Below are positions 47,343 to 63,952 of a stretch of DNA of 64,000 bases, piece by piece. Source of the stretch: Paraspadella gotoi. Its lineage: Eukaryota > Animalia > Chaetognatha. The notes under the pieces were generated by a model. That model saw nothing but the letters and a program-made list of their open reading frames with translations. It searched no databases and was not told the origin of the DNA. The stretch lies in the NCBI GenBank assembly GCA_051294375.1, contig CM119263.1, forward strand, positions 31,355,476 to 31,419,475, read 5' to 3'. The position numbers and the translations under genes were made by a program. Each line of letters starts with the position of its first letter. Position 1 is the stretch's first letter.

Positions 47343-48951
47343 ATGGATCCTGAGAGAAAAGTGAAGGATTTCAAAAATCTTCTTTCCACCGTCACGAATC
47401 CCGCGCCGAATCGCGATATCGAGAATAGAGGTTAGTCTCCACCTAGTTCAATGTTCCTTATTTAATTATCAATATTACTAATACATAGTCAACGTTTCCA
47501 TTGTGATCAAGACTCTCGACGCGTCGCCCCGTTGTCCCGCTCCTCCCGCCCCCGCCCCCCTCTCTTCCCGACGCCCCTCGCCGCCGTCAGCCCCACCGAA
47601 GTCTCCGTCGCCCATCGTCTCTCTTTCGGCGAAGAGTCCAACCTCCTCTCTTCCTCCTCCGCACCCTTCAACTCTTCCGCCATGGACATCACCTCCTGCT
47701 CCCCCGACGCCTCAGCGCGGCAGGCTGCTGGTGAGGGAGATGATGTGAGAGAGATTTAGAGAGGAAAGATTTATTGAGAGAGATTTTAAGGAAAAGAATT
47801 CGAGGGGGTAAAAATTTAGAGAGTTATACTTGAGATGGAAAACAGGAAAACAAATATTAGGAGTGATTTGATAAGAAATATTTAGGAAGATATTAAGTAG
47901 TAATTGTTTGTAAAAACAACAAATTATTTTCATGTATCTGGTAAGAAAGGTGGAGGCCTTAACCCACTATTGCCTTTTCAAAGTTAGTGGCAAAGTTAGT
48001 TACAGCTTGTTTATTGAATGAATGATTTATTTGTGTATTGGTTTTACCCATTTCACATTAACAACGCCTCAGGCACGAAGCGTAAACTCGATACCTCGTT
48101 TCTCGCTCTGGAAGGTGAGTTGTCCGCAGCGCGCGGGAAAGTTGCGTCGCTGACGAACCAGTTGGAGGTGGAGCGGAATCGCACCAAGAGGATGAAGGTG
48201 GAGCAGGAGAAGGAGCTGAGAGACGCGGAGGCGGCGAACGAAGCGATGGAGCGGAAGATGAAGGAGCTTTTGGCGTCGCTCTCTCTCGTCGAGAAAGCGA
48301 AGAAGGAGCAGACGAAGATCGCCATGGAAACCACTGAGGTGAGGAGAATGATAGATTGGTAGAATGATGAGGCTTGAAAAATGAAGATGGGTGATTCTAA
48401 AAATAGTCGCGAAGGTTGAAGAAGGTTTGTTGTGGTGGAGGAATGGTCATCAACCGTCATCGTGGTTAAAAGGTTATTGGGAAGACGTCCGTGACGAAGC
48501 AGCTCCTAATATAGACATTGCTTTATTTATTTTACTTTCGTTTCAAACTTGTTTCCTTCAGCGCGCGTCGGAGGAAAAAGCAAAGTTGGAAGCGGAGAAG
48601 CGAGAGTTGGATCTGCAACTCGAAGAGTTGAAGATGCAAATGCAAGAATTGCGCGGGGAATTGCATGACGTCAATGGAGAAGTGGACAGAGTCAATGAAT
48701 CCAAAGAGGATTTAAAGGATGATTTACAACTTAGGGTGAGGGGGGGATAAGATTTTTGGGTTCAAGCTGAACTGGGCTCAAAATTTGCGATTCGAAATGA
48801 GCTGGGGTAAGGAGATTTTAAAATCAAAACGAGAAATTTATTTCTATATCAAATTTAATAAGGAAAAGATTAACATTTATAAATGAGGTGAATTGAACAA
48901 AACAATATAAGGTATAAATTGTGGGACTGACGTCGAAGAATGATAAAGGTC

Positions 48952-49007
<56 letters not shown>

Positions 49008-51851
49008 ACTTCCAGATTGAGGAATTGGAGCAAACGTCGACGGCGGCGAAGGAGCGAATCAATATTCTCGAGTCGGAGAACGAGTCACTTCGCGACAGCC
49101 GCGTCGCCGCAGCCGAAGCTCAGAACAGGATGCTGGATTTGGAGAACAAAGTCGCGCTACTGCAGGAAGAGGCCGAATTGGGGAAGATATTTAAGGTCAG
49201 ATTTTTTTTAAGGCGGAAATATTGATTAATTTAGCCTATTATTCTTTCTCATATCTCCTTCCCGTTTTCAGGATCAATCGGAAGAGATTCGTACTTTGAC
49301 TCTGAACAACGATCAACTTCGCCAGCGGAACAGACTTCTCTCCACGACTCAGGAAGACACTTCGGTGCTGCAGGAGAAGTTGCGCAGCGCAGAGGCTAAA
49401 ATACAGCGGACCGAGGACAGGCTGCAGGGTGAGAGAGGGAAAGAAGAGGGGAGGGGAGGAGAGAGGTAGAGAGAAATGGCGGAATGTCGCCAATGTCCTT
49501 TGCAAACCATTATAAAAACCTCGTTTCCCCTGCTCCCCCCCCCCTCAAGAGATGGCGGGATTGAACCTGGAAATTACCCGCCTTCGTCGGCGCTTAGCGG
49601 AATGGGAGGAGGTGCTGAGCGAAGTCTTGGGAACAACAACGACTCGGCGCGGTGCGGAGCGCGGTGCGGAGCGCGGTGCGGAGCGCGGTGTGGAGCGCGG
49701 TGCGGAGCTCGGCCCCGATTCGTTAAGGAATTATTTGGCGAAGACTCAGCGGGAGATCATCTTCTCGTCGGAACAGAGGCAGAAGGCAGAATTAGAGCTG
49801 GGTCAGTTATTTTATAAATCATTCGTTCTAATTTTTTCATGTGTAATTTAAATTTATTTACTATTCATTTGATATTTGATATTGGTATTTCTTGTTTGGT
49901 TCTTTGTTATTTCTCTCTTCTAATTCTTCCCTAGGCTCCTCCCACGATTCCGAGACTCAACTCCGACAAGAGAACGATTCTATCGCCGCCTCGTTGCAAA
50001 AGGAACAGCAACGCGTCAAGCAGCATCAAGAACTCATCGTTAAATTGCGCAAGAAGTTCCAACTGGTCTCCAAGGAGCGGGACAGCTACCGCAACGTTCT
50101 CAACTCTTACGAGAGCGAAGTAACGATCGACGGCGACGCCCTCTGCCGACGGCGGATCGACGAGCTGGAGGAAGCCTTGGCGGGATATCGGCAATTGATG
50201 GAGACTGAGGTTATCAGCGCTGGAGAAGTCAGGGGAGCGTCAATGACTCAGCGGACAGTCGCTCGCTTCACTACTCCGGCTCGTATTGTCACCCCTACGA
50301 CTCCTACGATCGCTCCAAGGGCTCTTCTCGCTCCTCCGATTACTTCCGATACGAGCGACGCCTCCGCTCCTGCTGCGAATCCCATAGCTGAATCGAAAAT
50401 GGCGGAGGAGGCGACGTCGACGGAGAGTACCGTCGATTCCGGCGTCGATTCCGGATCCACGACGTCGACGACATGCGAATCAGCTGATGCCGCCGCCTCC
50501 GCCGCTGCTGTAGCCGATGCGGCAGCGGCCACCGCGGCAGCTGTCACTGCTAAAGAAGAGGAATTGAGCCGCCTTCACGCGGATCGAGAGGCGGAGCTTC
50601 GCTCGGAGGCGGAAGGACTTCGCGTTCGCCTCTCGGAGGCGGAAGCGGAGAAGGAACGTCTCCTCGACATCGCGGAGGGAAAGAGGATGAAGGGAGATTT
50701 CGATCCCGCAGAAACAAAAGTCGTTCATTTTAAGTTTAATCCATTCGAAGCTCAGAGGAGGAAGAGGGAGGAGGAATTGAAAGAGTTGAAGGTGAGAAGG
50801 GAGAAAAATTGGCAAATTGAAAAATTGAGTTGGAAAGAAAAAAAAAAGCAAAAAGATTATTGTAAAAAAGAAACAATTATTAAGTTATTAAAGATGATGC
50901 ATCATTTAAAATAATAAAAAATATTGTTAAGGAAACTTATAATGAAAAGAATGGGCAGATTGTAATAGGTAAATGAGATTTAGCGAAAATAAAAAAAAAA
51001 AAATTTCGCGATCAGATTGAAAACGAACGATTGATGGCGCGTCTTCGTCTCCTCGAAGAAACCGGAAGCAAAGAGGCAGGCCATGACCATTCATGCGCCG
51101 ACGATGAAGGTGGACGAGCGGTGGCGTCGGTTGCAGAACTCGAAGATCTCAAGACAAAAGTTGGTGCAGCTGAGTTAAAGAACAAAAGGCTCATGGAAGC
51201 CTTTCAGGTTTGACAATGAGACAAAGTACAGAAGGCTTCATAGTTCATATTATAAAATAATAATAAAATAAGACCCGGTTTCCACTAAACTATGTAGTAT
51301 GTACCAAATGGAATTTTATAAAATTTTACCTATAGAGTTCTCATGACTAAATAAATAAAATTATCCAGGCGAATTTTGATATTCGACCCCTGAAAAGAGA
51401 TACAGGGGCGGGTTTCATTAAATTAGAATTATTGTTGTTTAATTTGATTCCATACTATGTTCATTTTAAACAGAAAACCAGTCAAGATCTTCGCGAGGCT
51501 GTCTTTCGCCTCTTTGGCTACAAGCTCGACATCCCGATGACTAAGCAGTACAAGCTGATGAGCTTGTATGCTGAATCTCCTAACGATTTTCTCCTCTTCA
51601 AACAGTCGAGTATGAAAAGTTTTAATCGTATTAACTTGAATTAAATGCTAGTTCAATGTAATAAAGATTTAAAGGCGTTTTTTTTTCCTCGACGATCCAT
51701 TCCAGGTTCTGGTGCGATGCAGCTTCTCTCCACTGATTTCTCCAACACTTTGTCAGATTTGATTGATGCTTACTTAAGCAGCGCGGATTCTATCCCCGCC
51801 TTCCTCGCGTCAGTCACCATGGATCTTTTTAATAGACAAACCCTGGCTTAA
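47343..51851 (+). CDS. MAD1L1: Spindle checkpoint protein MAD1, multi-exon
   Basis: Coiled coil; LRKKFQLVSKERDSYRNVLNSYE, GDFDPAETKVVHFKFNP, RLMEAFQKTSQDLREAVFRLFGYKLD, SIPAFLASVTMDLFNRQT. Confidence 0.93.
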
Positions 51852-52047
51852 TGAAGTTGTTTGGGTAGCCGATTTGGCCGGTCCATCAGTTCGTCAAAAA
51901 ATTGTCGTGTATTGTTTGTTCCTCGTTTATGCAAGATATTCCCGTTTTTCTTTGACGCTTTTTGCCAAATATTTACGGAACTCATAATTGTTAAAAAATA
52001 TTTTGTTTTATCTCCTTAAGGCACAATTACAAAAAAAAATATTAATT

Positions 52048-52584
52048 ATGCGTCGTTTTTATGGCGTGAAACGCGGCCGATGCAGCGCCGGTTCCGGCAG
52101 CGGCAGCAGCCCCGGCAGCAGCTCCGGCACCTGGAACGACGAAGTAACGCGTCCCGGTTACGGAGGCGAATTGGCGAGAAGGCGGGAGGCGAATGAGAAG
52201 GAAGTGAAGAGGAGGGAGGAAGATAATCCGGGAGACGTAAGAGAGAAAATGAAGAAGGAAAAAAGGTTAATTAATAATTATATAATTATTAATATTAAAG
52301 TTTAAATCAAGATTTAATTTTCTCCTCCCCCACTTTCCTCCAGCAAGGACGAATCGTGGGGCAGCAACTTTTGTCCGGCGGAATTTCATCCCAAGACTTC
52401 GGTCGGGGATCGAGTCGCTGAGAATCTCAAGGCCTTTCGAGCCAGGACGGGCGAGACTCTCGGAGGGCACGGCGGACCCGACGACCCGCTCGATACCGAC
52501 GGGCTCTTCCGGGACTTGAGGCACGACTCCACACGCGACTACGCCCTTCAACTCTACGAAGATCGTCTCGCTTATCCACGCTGA
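52048..52584 (+). CDS. Small 2-exon orphan ORF (~120 aa)
   Basis: GC-rich codon-like segments 52048-~52181 and 52344-52584 (KDESWGSNFCPAEFHPK..YEDRLAYPR*); donor site ambiguous. Confidence 0.45.
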
Positions 52585-52881
52585 GCAAGGAGTTGTTGTT
52601 TTTTTTTATTCTTTTTTGTCCGCGGATGGGATCGCTTTGGTTTTGATGCGTTACTCTTTCCGTTTTAGGTTAACCTTTTTATTCTTTATTTTTTGTTTTA
52701 AAAATAATTGATATCTCTATTTTTATAACAAGTTCTGTCAGTTTTGTGTTTGATCTCGTCACTAAAATATATTTTGTTAATTTTGCTTTTTTTTGTTTTA
52801 GAAAAAAAATATAGGTCAGTGTCCTGTGACCTACTAACATCGATACTGTTAGAGAAGTCCAAACCACATTCTCGACTCAAA

Positions 52882-53904
52882 ATGGTCGTCATCGTGGAAC
52901 AATCTATGTCTTGGTTTTGGGGATTCGTTCTGGCGACCTTTCTCTCCGCTCTCTTAATCCTCTACTTCTCTCTCTCTCGCTTCTTCCCTCATCGTTTTCG
53001 CCTTTCCGGTTCCCACGTCGTCGTGACCGGCGGATCATCCGGCATCGGCCTCTCCTGCGCCGTCGACTGCGCCTCCCGCGGCGCCAGCGTCACTTTGCTC
53101 GCTCGCGACGAGTCTAAACTCGCCCGCGCGAAGGAGACGGTCGTCGCTGCCACCCGGGACCGCGACGTCCAACGAGTGACGACTCTCTCTCTCGATCTCT
53201 CTCGCGATCCCAAGGAAGTTGAAGCGGCGTTCGAGCGTCTCGTCGAAGATGCGGGTCCCGTCGATTGTCTCATCAACTGCGCAGGTTCTGGCGTCGCTGC
53301 CGCTTTCGATGACACTGACCCTTCGTCCTTCGAATGGTTCATGCGACACAATTACCTCTCTGCCGTCTACGCGACGAAAGCGGCTCTTCCTTCGATGAAG
53401 ACTCGAGGCGTCGGAAGGATTCTCTTCACTTCCTCGCAGGCCGGACAACTCGGCCTCTTCGGCTACACCGCCTACTCAGCCTCCAAGTTTGCTCTTCGAG
53501 GCTTCGCCGAGTCTTTGCAGATGGAAGTTAAGCCTTTCCGGATTTTCCTTACCCTCGCCTTTCCTCCGGACACCGACACGCCGGGCTTTGCCGAGGAGCT
53601 CAAATCTTTTCCGCCCGAGACCAAAGAAATCTCGGCGACTTCCGGCCTTCATTCCGCTGCCGGAGTGGCCCGTAGAATGGTCGACGACCTCGTGGACGGC
53701 ACCTTTCTCTGCTCGATCGGTCTCGACGGGTTTCTGCTCAACGTCGTGACGACGGGGATGTCGCCGGTAACTTCGATCTTGGAGTTGCTCGTCCAGTGCT
53801 GCTTGATGTCGCCCTTTCGCTTCGTCGCCGCCTTTTATCTGGCCTCCTTCGACGGGATTTGCTTCAAGTGGAGGACGAAGAAAAACGAGAAGAAAAGTCA
53901 GTGA
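52882..53904 (+). CDS. KDSR: 3-ketodihydrosphingosine reductase, intronless
   Basis: N-terminal TM, HVVVTGGSSGIG, SSQAGQLGLFGYTAYSASKFALRG, FPPDTDTPGF, C-terminal KKxx. Confidence 0.95.
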   Translation: MVVIVEQSMSWFWGFVLATFLSALLILYFSLSRFFPHRFRLSGSHVVVTGGSSGIGLSCAVDCASRGASVTLLARDESKLARAKETVVAATRDRDVQRVTTLSLDLSRDPKEVEAAFERLVEDAGPVDCLINCAGSGVAAAFDDTDPSSFEWFMRHNYLSAVYATKAALPSMKTRGVGRILFTSSQAGQLGLFGYTAYSASKFALRGFAESLQMEVKPFRIFLTLAFPPDTDTPGFAEELKSFPPETKEISATSGLHSAAGVARRMVDDLVDGTFLCSIGLDGFLLNVVTTGMSPVTSILELLVQCCLMSPFRFVAAFYLASFDGICFKWRTKKNEKKSQ

Positions 53905-54171
53905 TTTTTGTCAATTGTGTTTTGGTTCGAAAGACTTTATTTGGTTGTTTTTTTTTTTATTTTAATTTTAATCGATTTATTATATCATTTCCTTTTTAAG
54001 TACTTACATTTTGTCTCAAAATCAATTGAAATGATCGGTGTTACTTTATTCGGATATTTTTTTGGGGGGGTATCGCTTTATGGTTTTATTATTTTATAAA
54101 AAAATTTTTCGTTTATTTTATCGAAACCGAAAAAAATAGAATCCCCTTAAAAAAACAAACTTTGTTCAAAA

Positions 54172-56269
54172 ATGGCGCGTGACGTTGGGGGGTACATCGC
54201 GAAACTCCAGCAGCACAACGGACCCGACTATCACGACAGCCTCATGCGCATCGAGGATCAGTTCAACAAGAAACTCTGGCATCAGTTGACTCTCGGGGTC
54301 ACCGCCCTCTTCAATGATCAACGCTTCAGGGACAACAACGACCTCGTCGAGTTTTACGAGAAGTTCTTGAGCGATTTCGAGCACAGGTCTGTGCGGGTCG
54401 CGGGAGGATGGGGAGGAAAGGGGAGGAAGAGAAAGGAGAGGAGGGATGATTCAAAACTAGCTGAGAGGGAAAATGGTAAAATGGCATGCCATATTTCTAC
54501 AGAAATAAAGTGAGATAAAAGGAGTATTCTGTGTCTATTAATACGAAAAAATGGAATAAAAATCAAATAAACTTAAAACAGCGTCTGGTCGGGAGGAAAA
54601 AGACAGAAATCAATTGAGATTTTAGTAATATAACTTAAATAAATGAATAGTAGAACTTTAGTGATGATCGCTCCCCTACTCCATTTTTATTTCTCCTCCG
54701 CTCCACAGGATAAACTCTCTCGCTCTAGCTGAGATGAGTCTCCACGTGATTCGCTCCATCAAAGAGAAAGACGCCGCCCTTCAGTTCATCGTTTCCATCA
54801 GCGACAAAGTAAAAGGGAGCGAAGAGGCTTCCATTCTTCTCATGACCGAAGCAGGAAGAGTTCATCTGCAGGTAAGTCCCTGTCATTGAATGAAATTGGT
54901 ACCACCTATACAATATATATATATGTATAGTATTCATATAAAAATTGTCCATGACCCCTTACTGAGGTAGGTTAATGCCTCCATCCCTAAAATAATAAAA
55001 TAGGAGGATCCCTCCAGCTTTCAACTATGATTCACAGTCTAGTCTATTAACTAGCAATGCAACCTGCCTTCCCTATCAATGGATAAGTGAATATTTTTAC
55101 TTAAATTAATTCAATTAGTTCAAATTTTTATTAATTGATTCAGAACAACGAATTAGCGGAAGCAAAGAAGAAGGTGGAGATCGCGGGCGAGAAGTTGGAG
55201 GCTTTGGACGAAGTGTCGTCGATTCACAGTCGTTATTACCTCCTTTCCTCCGAGTATCACCGCAGGATGGCCAATCATCACAAGTTCTACCAGGAGGCGC
55301 TTAGGTAGACACTAGACGGGGGTAGCTTTTTGGCTTTCGAATAGCTATACAATATCATTATAATAATTATGATCCTAATTTGACTTCTTTCTTCCATCCA
55401 GATACCTCGGCTGCACCTCCCTCGCGGACATCCCCCTCCTCGAACAGCGGGAGCGCGCCTTCCAACTCTCCCTGGCCGCCCTCCTCGGCCCCGACATCCA
55501 CAACTTTGGCGAGCTCCTCCAACACGAGATCCTCCAGTCGCTCGTCGGCGGAGACCGCGAGTGGCTCGTTGACCTTCTCTACGCCTTCAACTCGGGAGAC
55601 ATGAAGAAGTTCGAGGTTCTCAAACCCAAGTGGAGCTCCCAGCCGGACCTTCAGCTAAGCGAGAAGGCGCTGAGACAGAAGATCTGCCTCATGGCGCTCA
55701 TGGAGATGACCTTTCAGGTTTTACTAAAACATTACTGAAAACTTTCCCAGGCATTTTTGCCATTTTACTAGTCTTTTTTTATTTTTGCTCTTTTAGGTAT
55801 TATTTTTCTCTGCCTTCATTTTGCCACTTTGCAACTTAGGTCCGTTTCCAGATCTCTAATCTCCCTAATCTCTCTAATCCGCCCACTCCAGCGTCCCGCC
55901 ACCAATCGAGCGATGAGCTTCAAAGAAATCGGAGAAAAGACTCGACTTCCTGTAAATGAAGTCGAGTACCTCGTCATGAAGGCTCTCTCCCTCGGTCTCG
56001 TCCGGGGATCCATCGATCAGGCAAACAAAATATATGGACTTATATGGATAATATCCATATATGGATATGTATCGAGATTTAATGTCATAATTAAATAATT
56101 AATCAATCTAAAACAGGTGGAGCAGAAGGTGTCGATGAACTGGGTGCAGCCTCGCGTTCTCGATCGCACCCAGATCAAAATCATGCACGACCGACTGGGG
56201 CAGTGGTGCGTTGATGTCAAGTCTATGGAGTTGCTGCTGGAGGATAAGGCCAAGGACATCCTCACTTGA
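54172..56269 (+). CDS. PSMD13: 26S proteasome lid subunit Rpn9, 6 exons
   Basis: [60 protein letters not shown]. Confidence 0.95.
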
Positions 56270-56571
56270 TGTGGGAAGGCAGTGGACGTCATGGCTTGCT
56301 GTAGAAGTTGCTGGAGAAGACTGAAAAAACTGTGCGATTGATGGAGAAGGGAGGGAAAGACTTTGATGCGGTTTTAGCTCAACGCAACCATCATTTATTT
56401 ATTTTACGAAATGTAGCTATTAAGTTGCTATTTTACTTTCTATTGATCGATAAATATCCAAAGTCTTCGTCTCTCTTTCTCGTTGGATCCGTCGCTATTA
56501 TTTTCTGCGTTTATCATTCCTATAGTTGCCACTTGTGAACGCTAATAAATAATATCAAATACAATTCTTAG

Positions 56572-58713
<2,142 letters not shown>

Positions 58714-59646
58714 TCCATTTTCTATTTGGAGACTATTATCATATTTTGGATGTTATATACAAAGAAATGGATACGAAATTCCCTTTTTACTTTCGATGAA
58801 TGATGTTATCTTTGCTTTTTTTAAATCTAGCTAATCGAGATAATTTGCAATAGAAAAGAGAGGGAAACCCAGAGCTAGTTATTGCTTATTGTTATAGACT
58901 CGTCAAAATGTCATCGTTGGAGACTCAATTTTTCTTTTACTCGAGACTCAAAAAATTCTCGTTGATATCGATTTGATTTTTGGCGCCCTCGTTTGAGGGA
59001 ACTACTTTTGTTTGTAACCTGAGGATGAATGTAGTTGTGGTTCATAGAAGGCGGAGGTTGAAATCATCCACAAATTAATTACCTTGATCCGCGAGTCCCG
59101 AGTGCTCTCAATATATTATTTATCATTATTCCGATATTTTATTTTATAATTCAGTACTCCGTAGGCACGATAGCTTGTTTAGGGAATAATTGAATAACGA
59201 ATACTACTTTGATTGGTCATATCTCTTTCATAGTAGTCAAGTTAGCAAAGAAACCTCTTTTCTTTCCTGTTGCGACGACGAAGTCTAATTGAGAAATTCT
59301 AACTCTTAGCAAAAGAATGATGGGGAAGCGAAATGGGATGAGGGGAAACTGGGTCGATCTGTAAATGGTCCTAAATGGATGATGTAATATGTTAAAACAT
59401 AAAAAAACAGAGTGTAAAATGTACATTGAAGTGATATCTTAATATGTCAAGTTTATTTCACTCTCAAAGCAATTTCAAATTGAGATTAAAGTATATTGAA
59501 CTCCCACTCTAATGATGTGGATTAACATTTTATTGTTCATTTAAACTCGCTATTGGAGAAAAGACTTGTTCGTGTGGGCGTCGGTTTGATGAGCATTTCC
59601 TTCTCGAGGCGATAATTCGATTGCTTCATCTTCCCGAGATAAAAAA

Positions 59647-60113
59647 GCGCAATCAAATCCGGCTTTGATGCAGCCAACTCCTGCTCCGATGCAGTCAAAT
59701 CCGACTCTGATGCAATTAAATCTTACTTGATTAAATTTTTACTAAAAAATATCGAGTTATTTCATGTATAATTATAAAATTAAAATTATAATGATCGAAG
59801 ATCATCAACAAAAAGAGGAAACGTGAAAGAAAAACAATAAAAAGATTACTATGGTCACAAAACATATCAATAGAGAAAATCATGAACGGGTAAACAAGAT
59901 TAACTGGTTACTTGGTCAAGTTTAAATGACCACTAAACGGTAAAGTGGTTGTTTGGTGATAAGTTGTTGTTGTTATTTAGACCGCTATAAGTTCTAGTAG
60001 AACTCTGATTGAATCCAATCCGGATTTGATGCAGTCAAATCCGACTTGGCACTCAAATTTGGCTCTCACGCAATTAAATCCGACTCTGTTGCAGTCAAAT
60101 CCGGATCTGATGC
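59647..60113. repeat. Two degenerate clusters of a ~21-bp repeat
   Basis: GATGCAGTCAAATCCGACTCT-like units at 59647-59731 and 60003-60113. Confidence 0.6.
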
Positions 60114-60779
60114 TTTTTTTTTGTCGTATTACCTGGATTTTTGCTTAAATTTATTTTGTTTTTCCTTATATTTTAACAGATAATGTTTACGAGTTTAGAT
60201 AGATAGTCAAGATAATTAGCCACTCTTTATTTCATTTAATATTTTTAGGAATTTTTTTCAATTGTCCCCCTTTTTTTTTTAAATGCTTAATTATAAAATA
60301 ATCTTATAATCACTATTATTTCTCAATACGCTTTTCCTCCTTTCTCTTTACCTTTCCCCCTTTTTCGTTTTCTCCCTCTCTATCTCCTCCCCCCACTAGA
60401 CTCGGCTCACCTCCCTCCGCCCGAAACACGGGCAGGTGCGAGAGAGAGAGAGAAAGAGAGAGAGAGCGAGCATCCCTAGGAAAAGACAGAAAAGATTCCT
60501 GCATTTTACGCACGACGCAAGAGAGAAGAGAGATACTCTGGAGATAGTAAGCGCTCTCTCTCTCTTTTTCTCTCTCTCTCTCCACCCTCGTAGGATTGGT
60601 CCATTTCCCTTTCTCCATTCTGATTGGTCTATTCCCGTGCTCGGAAGCAACGCTCGTTCGGGGCCTAACCGACGCCCGCGTTTCGTGCAATGCTCGGTCG
60701 GGGCCTCGTCACTCTGCATAGTCGGAGCTCCTGTCGCCATGTTCTCGGTGCTGATGGTCGAGGGACCCAGCGCTGGCCG

Positions 60780-60826
<47 letters not shown>

Positions 60827-60985
60827 GCCTTTTGGATTTTTATAGAAAGAGTGGGGTGATTTTTGCTCTTCGTCGTTCTCTGCTTTTTTTTCGTTGGGAG
60901 CCGAAATATCCTTGCTTTTTTTTTTGCTCTAATCAAATTTATGTCAGTCGCCTTCGCCGACATCGTTTTGCTCTCGTCCTCCTCT

Positions 60986-61021
<36 letters not shown>

Positions 61022-62711
61022 ACGATTTGGGGAACGTGCTTTGCCAAAGAGAGAGAGAGAGACAGAGACACGGAGAGCCTGGGATACTCGGGGCGGTTGT
61101 CCACTTTCCTTCTAATTCCGTTAGTTTCATCGCAAAAAAAAAAGAAAGAGAAATTCGGCCTTCGTATGCCCGGCGTTTTAAGTGGGCGTGTCAAAACCTT
61201 ATCTTTTTCCAGTTCATTCCACAGTCGATCCTCTTGACGCGTCTTTTCGCGTTGTGAAGTTGATCGTTCCGCTTCCGTCAACCTTAACGTCGCGAAGCGT
61301 CACCAATTAATTCTTCGATTTAATCAATCTTCATTTATCGTTTTGATATTTCTACGTTTCCCCGTTTTAATTCTTCGTACGAACAATATTTAAATTTAGA
61401 AATGTTTTTCTAATTATGAACTGAATTTTTTTTTCTTTCGTCTAATTAATTAGAGAGATAATAGCAGGGAAAAGATTAGATTTTCTCATTTTGGTAAAGA
61501 AACGAGTTTTTCTGCTTCGTAGAATACAAAAGATTTGCGTCAATGGAAAAGAATATTTTGATTCGAGAAGTTTGTTTTGATTTGTGATATATGCATGGTT
61601 TGGTTACGTCGTCCGACTTTACGCTGTCATAATTAGTGACACGACACAAAACTTCTGTTAAATTCGTGTTTTCTTATGCCACTTTTTTGACATGAAGATG
61701 TCTAGATCATATTAGATTAGATTAGATTAGTTTTTTTCCCCCCGTGTTTTTTACCTATTGTACGACTTTGCTTACTACTTTTTTGTGTGAAAATAATTAT
61801 TAATAGCATGGAATCGTTTTGAATGAGAGTCTGTTGTGGACCGTCGACACCCGAAAACCTGTTTAAAAGTCTTCGTTTCGCTTCGAGGGCCACTTCCCTC
61901 CCACCACGCCGCCTTGTAGACTCCGTAGAATTTCATGTCGGTTTAAATTTGCTCTTAAATATGAATAACCGTTCTCTCCGTTTTATTTCAGAAATAAAAA
62001 AAAATTATCACCCTACTATCAGCCGCAGCATCACCCCTTGTTTTTTTTTCAGAATTAATAAATAACCACAAGATCTCAGATCATCAAAAAAAGAAAAAAA
62101 AGAAAAAAGTCAAATCTCATTTCTCCTTTTTTACGTCGACGGATAATAATATTTGTGCCAAATTAGTTCCCTTCCTTTTTTTCCCAGTTTTTTCGTCAAT
62201 CGTGATGTTCTCGCCTCCACGTCTCTCAAGAAAAAATTAAAACAAGTTCCTCCTTTTCTCTCTCTCTCTCTCTCTCACTATCTGTCTGTCTGTGTGTCTC
62301 TCCCTCTTTCTTTTTTTTCTCCCCCATCAAAGAGGCCAGCGACTGAAATTTTTAATTGTTTTTAACCCCCCTTAAAAAAAGCTGCACATCTAACAACAAC
62401 AACAAGTCTTAACATCTTCGCCGCTTTTTTTTCCTTCGCGTTTCTCGTCTTTGTCTTTTTTTTTTGGTCGTCGTGTGGCACCGCATCAAAAATAAGAATT
62501 CAAACAAAACTCTCCCCCAAGACAAAACAAAAAAAAAACAAAACAGCGGCGAATCAGCGGCACGCCCCCTTGTTATTTGATCTTGAAGCGAGAGTCGCCT
62601 TCAGTTCAAGCGACAACTAAATCTTAAGAGAGAGAGAGCGAGACGATCCTCCCTAAAACCTCTCTCTCTCTCTCGCTCCGCCTCTCCCCATTCCCCCTTT
62701 CTCCCTCCGCC

Positions 62712-63952
62712 ATGTCCTCGAGCGCCCCGTCGGCTCCGGCCGTCGACTCCCCGAAGGCGACGTCGACGACCGAGCGCGTGGTGACATCTGTCCCTCCGCC
62801 TCCGAGTAATCGCCTCAAGATGAACGAGGTCTACGATCCTCGCGGGAAGCCTCGACCCGACGTCCTCAAGGCCCACTTCATCCGGGAGGGCCGTACCGAA
62901 GAGGACGTCGCCCTTCGCGTCATCAACGAGGGCGCGACGCTCCTGCGCAAGGAGAAGACCGTCATCGACGTCGAGGCTCCCGTCACCGTCTGCGGCGACA
63001 TCCACGGACAATTCTACGACCTGATGAAACTCTTCGAGGTGGGCGGACCCCCGGACAAAACTCGCTACCTCTTTCTCGGCGACTACGTGGACAGGGGCTA
63101 CTTCAGCATCGAGTGCGTCCTTTACCTCTGGGCGCTGAAGATCCTCTATCCGGACACGTTGTTCCTGCTGAGGGGCAACCACGAGTGCCGACACCTCAGC
63201 GAGTACTTCACCTTCAAGACCGAGTGCAAGATCAAGTACTCGGAACGCGTCTACGACGCCTGCATGGACGCGTTTGACTGCCTCCCGTTGGCGGCGCTGA
63301 TGAATCAACAGTTCCTCTGCGTCCACGGTGGACTCTCCCCCGAGATCCACTCCGTCGACGACATTAAGAAGATCGACAGGTATATCAATCTCATTTGCAT
63401 CTTGTCGTATTTTGATCGGGTATTGATAAATTTTTAGTCTGTTAATAGTGTTACTTTTCTTAATTATTTAACCACAAACATATTTGTTAGGATAACATGA
63501 GAGACCTGTCTAGTTTGTAGTTTGTAGAGTCAATTATAGGAGGCTAGAGTAGGGTTTCGACTATGCCTTGCTCAACCCCCTGGTTCTAAACTGTTAAGTG
63601 TAAAATGTCAAAGTCATACTCATAGCTTAGTAATGAGCCTTCATATGACCGAAGGAAATGTGAATTCATTTACCCAAAGAACCTAAAAAGATAAATGTTA
63701 ATAATCTTTAAAAAGGGAAACCCGAATTAATCATGAAACTAAAATAAGTAAATAAGTAATCATAAAGATTATCTTTTGCTTCATTAGAGAATAGAATGTT
63801 ATTTGGATCCCTTTACGCAGGTTCAAAGAGCCCCCGGCCTTCGGGCCAATGTGCGACCTCCTCTGGTCAGATCCAAGTGAAGATTTCGGTTCAGAAAAGA
63901 CGAATGAGCACTTCACTCACAATACTGTCAGGGGATGCTCGTATTTTTACAG
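62712..63952 (+). CDS. PPP3CA: Calcineurin A catalytic subunit (PP2B), 5' part; continues beyond the window
   Basis: [65 protein letters not shown]. Confidence 0.95.

Noticed and set aside
60316-61281. ORFs in the calcineurin upstream region
   Set aside because: Low-complexity (CT/GA)n microsatellite translations in probable promoter/5' UTR sequence
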